A DNA stretch of 63,197 nt, filler included, from Octopus bimaculoides (Eukaryota): the NCBI RefSeq assembly GCF_001194135.2. It is 6 parts of 6 records of this genome, joined end to end, with 100 filler letters (N's around TTAATTAATTAA, not from the genome) between each part and the next. Parts side by side here need not be neighbours in the genome. Positions count along the whole stretch, not along the records: positions 1 to 13,704 come from NC_068997.1; 5 more parts are not named here. The stretch is one strand, 5' to 3'. The position numbers and the translations under genes were made by a program. The notes under the pieces are model-generated. The model was given only the letters and a program-made list of their open reading frames with translations, was not told where the DNA came from and did not search any database. Positions 1-11,099 of this stretch are shown here, one piece after another; position 1 is the first letter of the stretch, and the number at the start of each line of letters is the position of its first letter.

Positions 1-770
1 CACATACATACACACATAGAGTTAAACTTCTGAACGTTCGTGTGTGAAGTTTGAATGGGTTCCAATGTGTTAGGTATCCAAAATAATGATGTGCGTTTGC
101 GTACGAATTAAGATGCTGCCTACAGAGTGAATAATTTGGCATATATATTAGGGGGTTAATGGAGTTACATTAATGTGTTTTGTGTAGTTTGTTTTATTTT
201 TATGTTGAGATATTATTCTTCCATGAAAGTTAAATTGTTGATTATTTAGCGCATAACTATTTATTCTAAGTCTTGTTATTTTACTGGGATCGTTTTGACG
301 ATCTGAGTTTATGAATTGAGAGAAGCAATTTTGAAAGATTTCGCTGGTTCTTTTAATTACTAATTGATTCGTTCTGACTATGTGATTTGAGATGATACGT
401 TGTTCCATTATTTTACGTTCTGAGTTCAAATCTCTAACATCCACTTCCTCTCTCATCGCTCGATAAAACAATTACCGTAGGTCTATATACTGGGGATCGA
501 AGAACCAAATATCCACCTTCTGCACACATTTGTCTCTGGCTGCTTATCTATGAAAGTATCAGTGTCAGCATCATTCTCTTCTTCCTTTCCATCGTCATCA
601 TGTCAGTAGTTTATTTGAACATCATTGTGTTATAGAGAGAAAGCATCACTATTCGCTGCAAGACACTACTGAGGATTAGTAATAAAAGAAAAAACATATC
701 CGTAGTTACCACCATACTGCCTAACGATGGTTTCTTTCGGTCAGTTAATACGAATTTGGAAATCTTAATC

Positions 771-1083
771 AGACGCGGGCGTGGCTGTGCGGTAAGAAGT
801 TTGCTACCCAATAACATGGTTCTGGGTTCAGGCCCACTGTGTGGCACTTTGGGCAAGTGTCTTCTACTATATTCTCGGNNNNNNNNNNTGTGTGTGTTCG
901 TGTCTGTGTTTGTCTCTTACAACCATTTCACAACCGGCGCTGGTGTTTCCGTTCCCATAACTTAACGGCTCGATAGAATAAGCACCAAACTTAAACCTAG
1001 TCGATTCGCTCGACTGAAATGCTTTAAAGCAGTGCTCCAGTATGACCGCGGTCTAATGACTGAAGGAAGTAAAAGATAAAAGA
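771..1083 (+). mobile_element. tRNA-derived SINE, family A
   Basis: Head with A-box TGGCTGTGCGG and B-box GGTTCAGGCCC, then GGCACTTTGGGCAAGTGTCTTCTACTA, a central TG/TA microsatellite and a tail ending GACTGAAGGAAGTAAAAGA. About 12 related copies occur in the window. Confidence 0.8.
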
Positions 1084-1314
1084 CTTAAAATTAGTTATAG
1101 TTTCTATACTTACAATATTCGGAATGTTATGGCTGAGGTTCCAGTAATCTATAATGATCTAAGCTGTAACACACACAAAGAACAGTAACACTTCGAACAA
1201 CAGACGGAAATAGTTAACAGTTGGCATTGTGCTAAGGAATATCAAAACGTCATGCATAGCTACGTCAACAAGAATGACATACGAGAACAGCAAACAAAAC
1301 GTCTAACTAAAAAC

Positions 1315-1455
1315 CTGAAAACTAACACCCCGTCGGTTACAACGACGAGCGTTTCAGTAGATCCGATCAACGGAAGGGCCGTTCGTGAAATTAAAGTGCA
1401 AGTGGCTGAGCACTCCACAAACACACATACCATTAACATAGTTCTCAGGAAAATC
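1315..1455 (-). mobile_element. 3' fragment of the SINE family seen in full at 26278 and 51043
   Basis: GATCCGATCAACGGAA...CGTGAAATTAAAGTGCAAGTGGCTGAGCACTCCACA aligns with 26322-26410. Confidence 0.75.
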
Positions 1456-1601
1456 CTGTAGCCATGAAATACGGGTACTACTCTTGTCAGCTGAGTGTAC
1501 TGGAGCAACATGAAATAAAGTACAGTTCTATATTTAAGAAATTAGGAATTATGTACATTATTTACAACTGACGGATATTTGTCCTCATCTTGTTTGTTGT
1601 T

Positions 1602-1647
1602 AACACAACGTTTCGGCTGATATACCCTCCAGTCTTCATCTGGTGTC
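1602..1647 (-). ncRNA. Minimal type I hammerhead-like motif with a degenerate core
   Basis: GACAC-CAGAUGA-A-GACUG(gagggtatat)CAGCC-GAAACGUU-GUGUU. Stem I is GACAC/GUGUU, stem II has one mismatch and stem III is the palindrome AACGUU. The core reads CAGAUGA instead of CUGAUGA. Confidence 0.6.
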
Positions 1648-1724
1648 TTGGGGAAATTTCGAACCTGGGTTCTCATTCATAAGGTATTTTTCGATGTTGT
1701 TATTATTATTATTATTATTATTTA

Positions 1725-1797
1725 GGTCACTGCCTGGAATTGAACTCGGAATCTTAGGGTTAGTAGCCCGCGGTCTTAACCACTACGCCATATGCCC
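1725..1797 (-). promoter_or_regulatory. tRNA-like internal Pol III promoter cassette inside the PLE terminus
   Basis: A-box TGGCGTAGTGG (1780-1790) and B-box GAGTTCAATTCC (1736-1747) at tRNA spacing. The acceptor stem does not close, so this is not a tRNA gene. Confidence 0.7.
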
Positions 1798-1828
1798 GTG
1801 GGCAATTATGGAGTGAATTTTAGGGATT

Positions 1829-2197
1829 ATAAATCTAATATTTTCCTATCCTTCCTTAATACCGGTTCCTATATGCTGTTCATATCTGCACTTGGTCTGC
1901 TTAGGAGGTTGTTGTGTACTAGCATGTGTGCTGCTTCTTTTAGTTTTCATATTTTCCAATAGTGTTCTCTGTCTATTATTTTAACTTCATGCCACAGGGG
2001 AAGGTGGTCTCAATTTTCCCATACATGATCAGCTATACCCGATTTATCAATATCTCCCCGTGTCACAGCTTTGTGATGTTCCTCTATCCTTATTTTGAGG
2101 GGATGACATGTTTCACCTTTGTATACCCTACCACAGCTGCATGGGATGGAGTACACGCAGTTCTTAGTCATTTTCTCTTCTATTGGTGGTTTTAGTC
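1829..2197 (-). pseudogene. GIY-YIG endonuclease domain of a Penelope/Poseidon-type PLE with in-frame stops
   Basis: VYSIPCSC...VYKGET...R..EH motif order with three premature stops. The likely natural stop is TAA near 1829. Confidence 0.8.
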
Positions 2198-2199
2198 GG

Positions 2200-2345
2200 T
2201 ATTAAGGAATTTTAGGAGAATATTAGATTTATAAGCCCTAAAATTCACTCCATAATTGCCCACGGACATATGGTGTAGTGGTTAAGAACGCGGGCTACTA
2301 TTCCGAGTTCGATTCCAGGCAGTGACCTGAATAATAACAATAACA
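2200..2345 (+). mobile_element. Inverted partial copy of the same PLE pseudo-LTR
   Basis: Near reverse complement of about 1700-1860, including A-box 2271-2281 and B-box GAGTTCGATTCC 2305-2316, with a deletion of about 11 bp. Confidence 0.85.
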
Positions 2346-3456
2346 ACAACAATAACAACAACAACAACAACAACAACAACGAGTAAAACCACCAATAGAA
2401 GAGATAATCACTAAGCCGCACATCTTCACTAAATATCTGGAATAAAAGTAAACATCGACTTAAGCATAAATAGACTCATAAGTATTACCAGTTGTATTTC
2501 TTTAATTCAGACTTCTTTTATGTTTCAACTTTTTCGCAAGATCCAGTTCATAAATCAGAGAAAGTATGAGTTTGTTTGTAGTGTGAGTAAGGTACCTTAT
2601 TCTGAACTCAGAAAACTGCATAAAATGCTTCGAAAATGAGAACAAACAAGTAAAAAGTGCCTAAATAATATTAGATTAAAAGATTTCGGAAAATAAAGAG
2701 TATTAAAGATTTCTTGCAATGATCGACTGAAGGTGATTCTACAAAATAGTACATTCCGTAAGACTGTTGGAAAACGACATTAAAAACGCTATGAAAGAAC
2801 TTAACGAAGAATGTTTGCTTCCATATCAGAAAATATACAACTTTGAAAAAAATAAAGATTATTGAAAAATACATAAAGTACTGTTTGAAAGATATTTAAA
2901 GAATATTGTAAACAATTTCGAAATTTATTATTTCTTGATAAATTTTTATCTAAATTCCTAATTCAAGTTACATTTAACTTAATTTTATTTATGGCTGTAA
3001 TAATGCTTATTATAATAATATTCGTGGCGACTAAACTTCGTGTTGGATATTGCTCGTTTGAACAGCATCGAATAATATATTTTTCTGATCAATCAATGAA
3101 TATTCAAATGTTCGAGTTAAGTTTTCTCCTTGTTTCAGTATTTATATACAAAGTCCTTTTCTGCTTCTTTACCACTTCTCTCCATAAATTAATAGTATTT
3201 ATCTATGTAAAGTAAAATATAAAGCAAAACAAACAAGAGAAAACATAACAAGAAAGAACAAAAAGAAAACGACAATAGACGCAATTCATTAATTTTTCTG
3301 TATGTATTTAAATCAAAAGTTTAATCAGTCTGACATCAGTGACTAGAGAAAAACTGCAGTATTTTCCATACCCAGTTACTTACTCGAAACACTAAATCGT
3401 TTCGTCATCTTTTTCTTGATCCAGTCATTATATTGTAGCCAAGCTAGTGCAATGCC

Positions 3457-3753
3457 TTGAAGAATTTTAGTCGAACGAATCGACCCCAGAACTTATTTTT
3501 TGTAGAGCCTGATAATCATTCTGTCGGTATTATTTACAGGGACGTAAACAAACCAATAACTGCTGTTGGCAAACACACACACACAACGGGCTTCTTTCAA
3601 TTTCCATCTATCAATTCCACTCACGAAGCTTTGTTCAGGCCGAGGCTATAGGTCTTGGGTAAGACACTTGCTTAATGTGCCATGCAGTGGGATTGAATCC
3701 GGAACCATGTCGTTGGGAAATAAACGTTTTATCACACAGCCACGCCTGCACCT
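3457..3753 (-). mobile_element. SINE family A
   Basis: CGGGCTTCTTTCAATTTCCATCTATCAATTCCACTCACGAAGC...GGAACCATG...CACAGCCAC, the reverse complement of the 771 and 49052 copies. Confidence 0.8.
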
Positions 3754-3779
3754 GTATTGGCAAATATGAATCCTTTCTA

Positions 3780-3985
3780 CTCTAGGCGCAAGGCCTGAAA
3801 TTTTGGGGGAGCGGGTCAGTCGATTTGATCGACCCCAATACAGAACTGGTACTTAATTTATCGACCCCGAAAGGATGAAAGGCAAAGTCGACCTCGGCGG
3901 AATTTGAACTCAGAACGTAGCGCCGGGCGAAATACCACCAAGCACTTTGTCCGGCGTGCTAACATTTCTGCCAGCTCGCCACCTT
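3780..3985 (-). mobile_element. tRNA-derived SINE, family B (core resembles the Meta/MESC-type domain, from memory)
   Basis: TATCGACCCCGAAAGGATGAAAGGCAAAGTCGACCTCGGCGGAATTTGAACTCAGAACG. The B-box GAGTTCAAATTCC is on the minus strand. Confidence 0.8.
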
Positions 3986-4891
3986 TTTGGCAAATATTAA
4001 TGAAAACTTCAAAAATATAAGCGTCTAAAATTATTTCATTTGTTAGTACACCACACAATATGTAAGCATCTTCAAAAGCTTATGAGGTTTTTTTTATCTC
4101 TTGTATTATATTTCTCTACAACCCTCTACATAGATACAGTGGGTGTGGTCGAACAAATTTTGTATTGCTATTTATGAAGTATAGTTTTTCGAAGAGTCAA
4201 TATCCCCTCTTTTTCCTCGTTAATGTCCTTTATGAATTACGCATATGATGCATGACTGTGTATTACGATGTTTTATTTAAGAGAAAATTTAGGAACAGAT
4301 TACAAGATTACTCTCTCATCACGATTTCAGAAATTTCAAATGGTATATTTCGATAAGTTTATAGTAACATTTATAAAAAAATCACTATCCCCTTTAATAT
4401 GTTGAACAATACAATAGTAAATTTGTGAAAGAAATGGTTGAAAGGTGTAACTAGTGAATGCTCATGATTAAGAAATTCTGTAGCAATTAAGAAATGTGCT
4501 ACTAGAAGTTGATAATGGCAATAAATACACATGAAAAAAGAACATCCTTATCATGACTCTTGCTACTACATATCGACTGAAATTTAAACTTAATGACTAC
4601 GGAGAAAATAAAGAACTTATAAATAGTTCTTGGAAAATGAAGGAAATTGCTGATAGAATAATGTAAAAATACATAAAAACTTGAGGAGAAGATGTTCGAA
4701 TATAATAAAATAAAAATATACTTCTAGAATATAAAGTAGAATTACCGACATTTAGAAAATGTTGAGAGAAATAAAATATTACATGTATCAGGGTAAAACT
4801 AAACAAGTAGAATATTAGAAAAAATCTTTCTGTGTTTATCTTTCTTTATTGTATATCTTGATTTATCTATGCATAAACATACACACTTACT

Positions 4892-4926
<35 letters not shown>

Positions 4927-5015
4927 TTGTTGATACATAACACAAACGCACACACACACATATGTATATATATATTGATCCATGAATATACATCCAGAAA
5001 TCACATGTCTATTTG

Positions 5016-5054
<39 letters not shown>

Positions 5055-5104
5055 CACATAAATACATACACATAAATATATATGACTATATAAATACATA
5101 CACA

Positions 5105-5147
<43 letters not shown>

Positions 5148-5879
5148 GATTCTTCCATTACATCTATATGCTTAAATACATATGCATATATGTACAAGAA
5201 TACACATACACGTATATACATATATACATAAATTCAAACTTATATATGTATATGTGTGTGTAAGTGTGCGTCTATGTGCGTAAAAGTATATACGTGTATG
5301 TATATGTGCGTGTAATTGAAAAAAATTACAGGCCAACTATTTGAAAAAGGAAGATCAATATGTAATGCCAAAGAAAAGGAACGGGGGAAAAATGAGGGGA
5401 AAGATAAAAATAATGGTGAGAACAATGATGGTGCAGCTAGAATAAATGTACAACTAAAGACGTATTACCGAAACAGTTGAAAGAAATGAGAAATCGGGGA
5501 AGTATATGAAATAATAAAACATAATGAAAAAATGGTGTATGGTATCTGTAAGGCAAACAATAGCTTCTTGAATAGAAATCATGCTTGTCGAAGCGATGGA
5601 GAAAAATAAAGTGTGTGTGTTTGAACAATTTAGCAAGGATATACACAATTGAAAAGGAAATTTCTTTGCGTATATAATCGTCTTGGATTATATATTATCA
5701 GCTTTTAAATGTAACATTTAGCTGACTCACCTGATTTAACTTGCTAACGAAGGTATACAGACTGCTTGTGTCGCTAGAGCAAGCTTCAGCGGTCTTTGCA
5801 TAAGGTCTCGAAGAATGAGTGTGTGTGTGTCTGTCGGTCTGTGGGCGTTTGTATATCTGTGTGTATGTGTATATATAGA

Positions 5880-6059
5880 TCGCTAGCCACTACACATTCT
5901 TTAATTTCTCTCCTTGTTTCTTTTGTGTTCCTTTCTGTCGAAGAAGCGTAGGCTCGAAACGTTAAAGACTTTTTCACTTCCCGAGCGTTAAACTAATACA
6001 TCTATTTGTTGTCTACACCACCTGTCTCCGCCATTTGTTTTGTTTTTTTGCGAATTCTC

Positions 6060-6062
<3 letters not shown>
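5880..6062 (+). mobile_element. Second PLE-type terminus (solo, no ORF)
   Basis: Carries a hammerhead-like core followed by CCCGAGCGTTAAACTAATACATC...GAATTCTCCC. It is flanked by TG and TA microsatellites. Confidence 0.55.
5931..5967 (+). ncRNA. Minimal type I hammerhead-like motif
   Basis: CUUU-CUGUCGA-A-GA(A)GC(GUAG)GCUC-GAAACGUU-AAAG. Stem I is CUUU/AAAG, stem II is GAGC/GCUC with one bulge and stem III is palindromic. Core position 6 is U rather than A. Confidence 0.5.
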
Positions 6063-6093
<31 letters not shown>

Positions 6094-6241
6094 TGCTGCT
6101 ATTTCTAGCGAGTAGATGTCCTATTATAGGCGTCTCTGCATTTCTAATGAATAATACATAGTCTATTGACTGTTTTTACTCTCGCTAGGCCACTGGTGGT
6201 AAATAAAATTTCTAAAATTTTCTTTGCCACCCTATAATTTA

Positions 6242-6275
<34 letters not shown>

Positions 6276-7439
6276 TATATCTGTGTATAACTTCAAAATA
6301 TTTGATGAGATAATAGGACACATAATTATAACAAAATTAACAGATTATTAAAATAAAATTTTATATATATATATATATATATGCATACATAGATACATGC
6401 ATACAGACACAAATACATACATATATATGTATACATATATGCACGCAAACATTCACACACACTCACATACACGCAAATGGATCTATGAATGTGTTCGCGT
6501 GTGTGTCCCCTTGTCTGTAATAGATTTCACCGTTATAGATCATTTGTTTCTCTCTACGTAACCCGACTCAATAAAATGGCAATTATCGATAAAATAAATA
6601 ACATTCTTAAGTATTGGTATTAATATTGTCAACTAAAATCATCGAGGCTGCAATCCAAAGCGGAAAAGAGACACAAAAGATTAAGCAGGAAAGAAGTTGT
6701 GTGACAAATGATAGAAAATAAATTGCTACTGTTAGTCAATTTTGGTCATATTCATTAACTTTTATTTAAAACTAGGAGACATTAGATGGATATAAAATTG
6801 AGGAGGGTAAATGAAATCGTAAATTCTGGATGTTATTTGAAAGCAAATGGTCTTTATTGATGTGGAGGAAGATTCAACACTCAGAGTAGAGCCAAATTTG
6901 TTACGCAATTCGTGTTGTTTAGGACTTTATCATAAACAGATTATAGGGGTTTCACTTCACTAAATCAGTTGTAATCTAACCTCGTTTTCAAAATTAAATC
7001 CAGCCTGAACTATAAAGCCAAAAATATTTGAGTCTAAAATATTGAGCATCTATTGAGTACCTATAGTATAAGTGGGCATTGTCTCATAAATTATAGAAAA
7101 CAAGGTGTCTCAAATTGTATTAGGTATATCTTCGTGTACATGAATATCTATATAATCTTTTATGAAATACAACGTTATGTTAGAATAGTTGAAAAGTTTA
7201 AAAAACGGATCTGAAACTAAATTCTAAAAATAGTCAATATCAGTGATATAACGAAACATACTTTAACAACTATGTGATTATACAAACCGATACTGCAAAC
7301 AACCTTTTGCTACCACATTCTTGCAACTATTTTGGCAAACAGAAATAATGAATTGATATGTTTTTAATTAACAGCTGCAACATAGGACCTATTCCAGAGT
7401 TTCGTTACTGCATATAAAGTTTTTGTTTCCTGCTCTTGC

Positions 7440-7915
7440 TTGATAGGGCGAGGTCATCCCAGATTAGTCGTCTCAGAGGCGTCAGCGTGCGTAGAACCGA
7501 CAAAGTCCATCAGCGCTCCCCGTCGCACGTGGTCCTGTGCCAGCCTCTCTACATCCTTCAAGATGATGTCGAGCCCCTGGGGATCTTCTTTAATCACATT
7601 CAGCCAGCTGATGCTGAGCCTGCGTCGTACGAGTGTAAGAACCTGGTAGGTTGAACTGGCGTGAGGCAGAGAACATGTCCATACGAGCGCATGTGGCGGA
7701 TAGCTATTAGGTAGGAAGTTACGAGTTTAATATATACGCATTCCTTTGTTTGAAACGTGATGGTGCCGTCTGATGTTCTCGATGATTCTCAAGGCTCTCC
7801 TATCGAAGCCGTCGATCCTCTTTGCCACGGTCTTCCTAAGGGATCACATTTCAGCTTCATAGGAAAGGACCGATGCGTTGTAGATATGGAACTTGAGGGG
7901 CATCAACGTCTTATT
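7440..7915 (-). mobile_element. RTE-clade LINE 3' fragment
   Basis: The minus strand reads KFHIYNASVLSYEAEM*SLRKTVAKRIDGFDRRALRIIENI and ISWLNVIKEDPQGLDIILKDVERLAQDHVRRGAL, typical of the RTE ORF C-terminus. Confidence 0.75.
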
Positions 7916-9007
7916 ACTTTAAAAATGTCAGCTACTATTTATGATCTACTTCTTTGCTGTGAAATATTTCTACGTCATGTGGAAATGTCCCGCGTACATT
8001 GAAATGATTGCTACTTCACAAGTCAAAGAGTTTTACTATCACTAATATCTATGCGAAAGCATTTCCTTACATCATGATTTTTACTAAGTAGCAAAGAAAT
8101 GAAAACCAAATTAGATATTAATCGAAAACAATATTGTTTCTTAAATCATAAGCTGATCCCGCTCTGGTGCAAGGCCTCAATACGATTTTCAATGGATTAA
8201 TCAATATTAGAGCATAAGGACATTTAACCATTTGCTTAGTCGGAGTACTACTTGATACTCAGGACATATGGATATATTTCACTGGAGTTTATACATCATA
8301 TATGATCGGTTTTAGCTACCAGAGTGACTTAGGACTAATGAAATGAAAGTTTTGTATTATTCAGAATATATGGAAAAAGGGATAACTATAAGTGTGAAAA
8401 CAAGCATGGACATTTGAGACAAAATTATGAAAAGGAATTTGGACAGGTAGAGGGTTTAATGATGGCCTTCTGTTATGTATAGGGAAAAGTCGTGTAGCTA
8501 TGGTTTCAAAGTAAAATTGTTTTATATGCTGTAAGTTTAGAAAGTATGTATATCGCAACGTCTCATAAATCCACTATTTTTCATATATATATATATATAT
8601 ACGTATATAAGAAATCATCTATATACAAGTCATTATTTTCGATGTAAACGGAATCTTTTATTATGTCAAATAGAAGATTTCAATAGAATATATTTAATGT
8701 AAGAAAGAGGCAGAGGGAGGGAAAAAGAGGGTTGTGAGAGAAATATCTAAAGTAGGAAGTTTAAAAGAAAGCATTAGAGAATAGAAGAGAAACAGAGATA
8801 GAATTTCAGAAACGAAGAAAAACAAATGACTTTATGCAATGTATCAAATTATTTATAAATAATATTTGCAACGAAGAGAAAAGGAAATGTCAGGAATAAA
8901 GATGAAGATATGTTAGAATCTTTATCAGGAAATATAAAATACAATATAAACATGTATATACTTAAGCAAGTATGAGTGTGTGTGTGTATATATAAATNNN
9001 NNNNNNN

Positions 9008-9046
<39 letters not shown>

Positions 9047-11099
9047 TATATGCAGGTATGTATGTATGCGTGTGTGCGTATGTATGTACGTGTGTGTAAC
9101 TTTTGCTCATACACGCGTACATATTTAAGTGCATAGACTATCACTGAGCTACGATGTTGCTAATATACACCTTGCTAACATATTTGAAATCGCTTGTGGC
9201 AAAGAGTGATTAACAAATGATGTATTTATGTTGATGATAGTATGAACCTTTTTAGCTGCCGGCCAACTTACGCAATATTCTAACTACTGTCAATTACCCA
9301 TACACATACATTCTCAAGCACTAACACATACACACCTGCTTACGTATAAATACGAAGCAAACACACACAAATACGAGATACTCTCATTTATAGATGTACA
9401 TTAGCTAAATCAGTGCTTTTTCCTGTTTATACTTTACAGCAAATAGACAAAAACCACAGAACAGAAGAAGGTTGGATCATTGTACTCTGTAGTTTAAAAT
9501 ATTCGTTTACTTCAAACATATTAATATTTATGCGGAATACACTTTTGCTAATTTTCTATAGTGTGTTATTATCATCTGAGGTCTTGTTGTTGTTGTTATT
9601 ATTATTATTATTATTATTACTGTTGTTGTTGTTGTTGATGTTAATATTATTATTACTGTTGTTGTTGTTGTTGATGTTATTATTATTATTACTGTTGTTG
9701 TTATTATTCTAGTAGTAGTAGTAGTAGTAATTGTGGTGGGTGTGGGGTGGCTGTTGATGTTCTTGCATATTCATAGACAATGATATCTAGCAATTCAAAA
9801 ATGTTATTTTGAACTAACAGAAAAGTGCAAGCTACGAAGATTGTGTGGGTAAAAGAAAATATATTAATTATAAGCAGAAGCATAACATTTATTACAACCG
9901 TGTTTCAAAAGAAAGAGCAAGATACAGTTTTAGTGGTCAAGGCATTGTTCAACAATGAAGAAAAATAAAGGGAAAAATAAGCAAGAAATAGATAAAACAA
10001 TACTTAGCAGTAAATATAAAACAAGTCACAAATCGAAAAAAAAGACAAAAAAAAAACAAGGAGATAAAGAAAAAAAATGCAAATAAGTTTCACTGTTGGT
10101 GAAAACATTTGATAATATCAATATGATTGTTACTAAAAAGAAATTGACTTGAATGACGCAGAAAGCTAAATTATGAATAGTGTGTCATGGCTGTTTATTG
10201 TTTGTATTAAAGAGACCATATAACATTCTCGTAATCCCGCCACCTCCAGACACACTCATGCATATAAAATTAAAAAAATGTATATAGAAATACGTGTGTG
10301 CCTGTGTGTGCCTCTCTCTATTGTATATATATATATATATGTATATATATATNNNNNNNNNNNNNNNNNNNNNNNNNNNNNNNNNNNNNNNNNNNNNNNN
10401 NTACACACACACATACAATACGAGAATTTTAATGGAGATAAAGTTCCAGTATATAGTACAACTGTTTTTCCGCTCGTATATGAGCTAAAGATTCATAAAA
10501 TTTGGTATAAGATAAAAATTTCAGATATTACTCTTAAACATTCAGACAAACAAATTCATACTTCAGATGTATGACATGAGATACCATTCCGTTCAAATAA
10601 CCACATATCTATATTAAGACATAGATGATAAAAATATAGAAATATAAGAATATAAATATAAAAACTATAAGGAGTACCATGAAAGTAGAAAATATAGTTA
10701 GAATAGATTAAAGGATGCGATTGAAAGGATCAGTCCAAACCTACGGCCGTTTCAGAAAAGTTTTAAAGGGCCGTAGGAAATAATCCAAATTCAACTCCTT
10801 GTATAAAAGCATTTCCTTCCTCAGGGTTTCTTTCTTTTATTGCCCCTCCCATTGTGATAAAATCCAGTAAGGCCCTGCATGGTAAAACTTCACTTGGTCT
10901 TTGAGTATCGAATGGATGAATACGAATAAAAATATAAATCACAAAATAAAACAGGAGATACCAAAATTTAACTAAAATATAAGGGGCCAACATAGAGGGA
11001 CAACAAATCTGATTTTAGGGGTCACATGAAACATTATGATATAACATTGAGGTGCAATTAAAAATGTAATACAAGCCATATAAACGTATGATAAACAAA

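Larger units (their letters stand above)
1537..2197 (-). mobile_element. Penelope-like element 3' part (GIY-YIG endonuclease remnant plus pseudo-LTR)
   Basis: The minus strand reads NCVYSIPCSCGRVYKGETCHPLKIRIEEHHKAVTRGDIDKSGIADHVWEN*...KLKEAAHML. A tRNA-like cassette, (AAT)n and a CCGAAACGTTGTG terminus typical of PLEs follow. Confidence 0.85.

Noticed and set aside
148-471. 107-aa minus-strand ORF that looks protein-like
   Set aside because: It includes the SINE B-box fragment GATTTGAACTCAGAACG, starts at TTG, and has no recognisable domain or clear splice signals.
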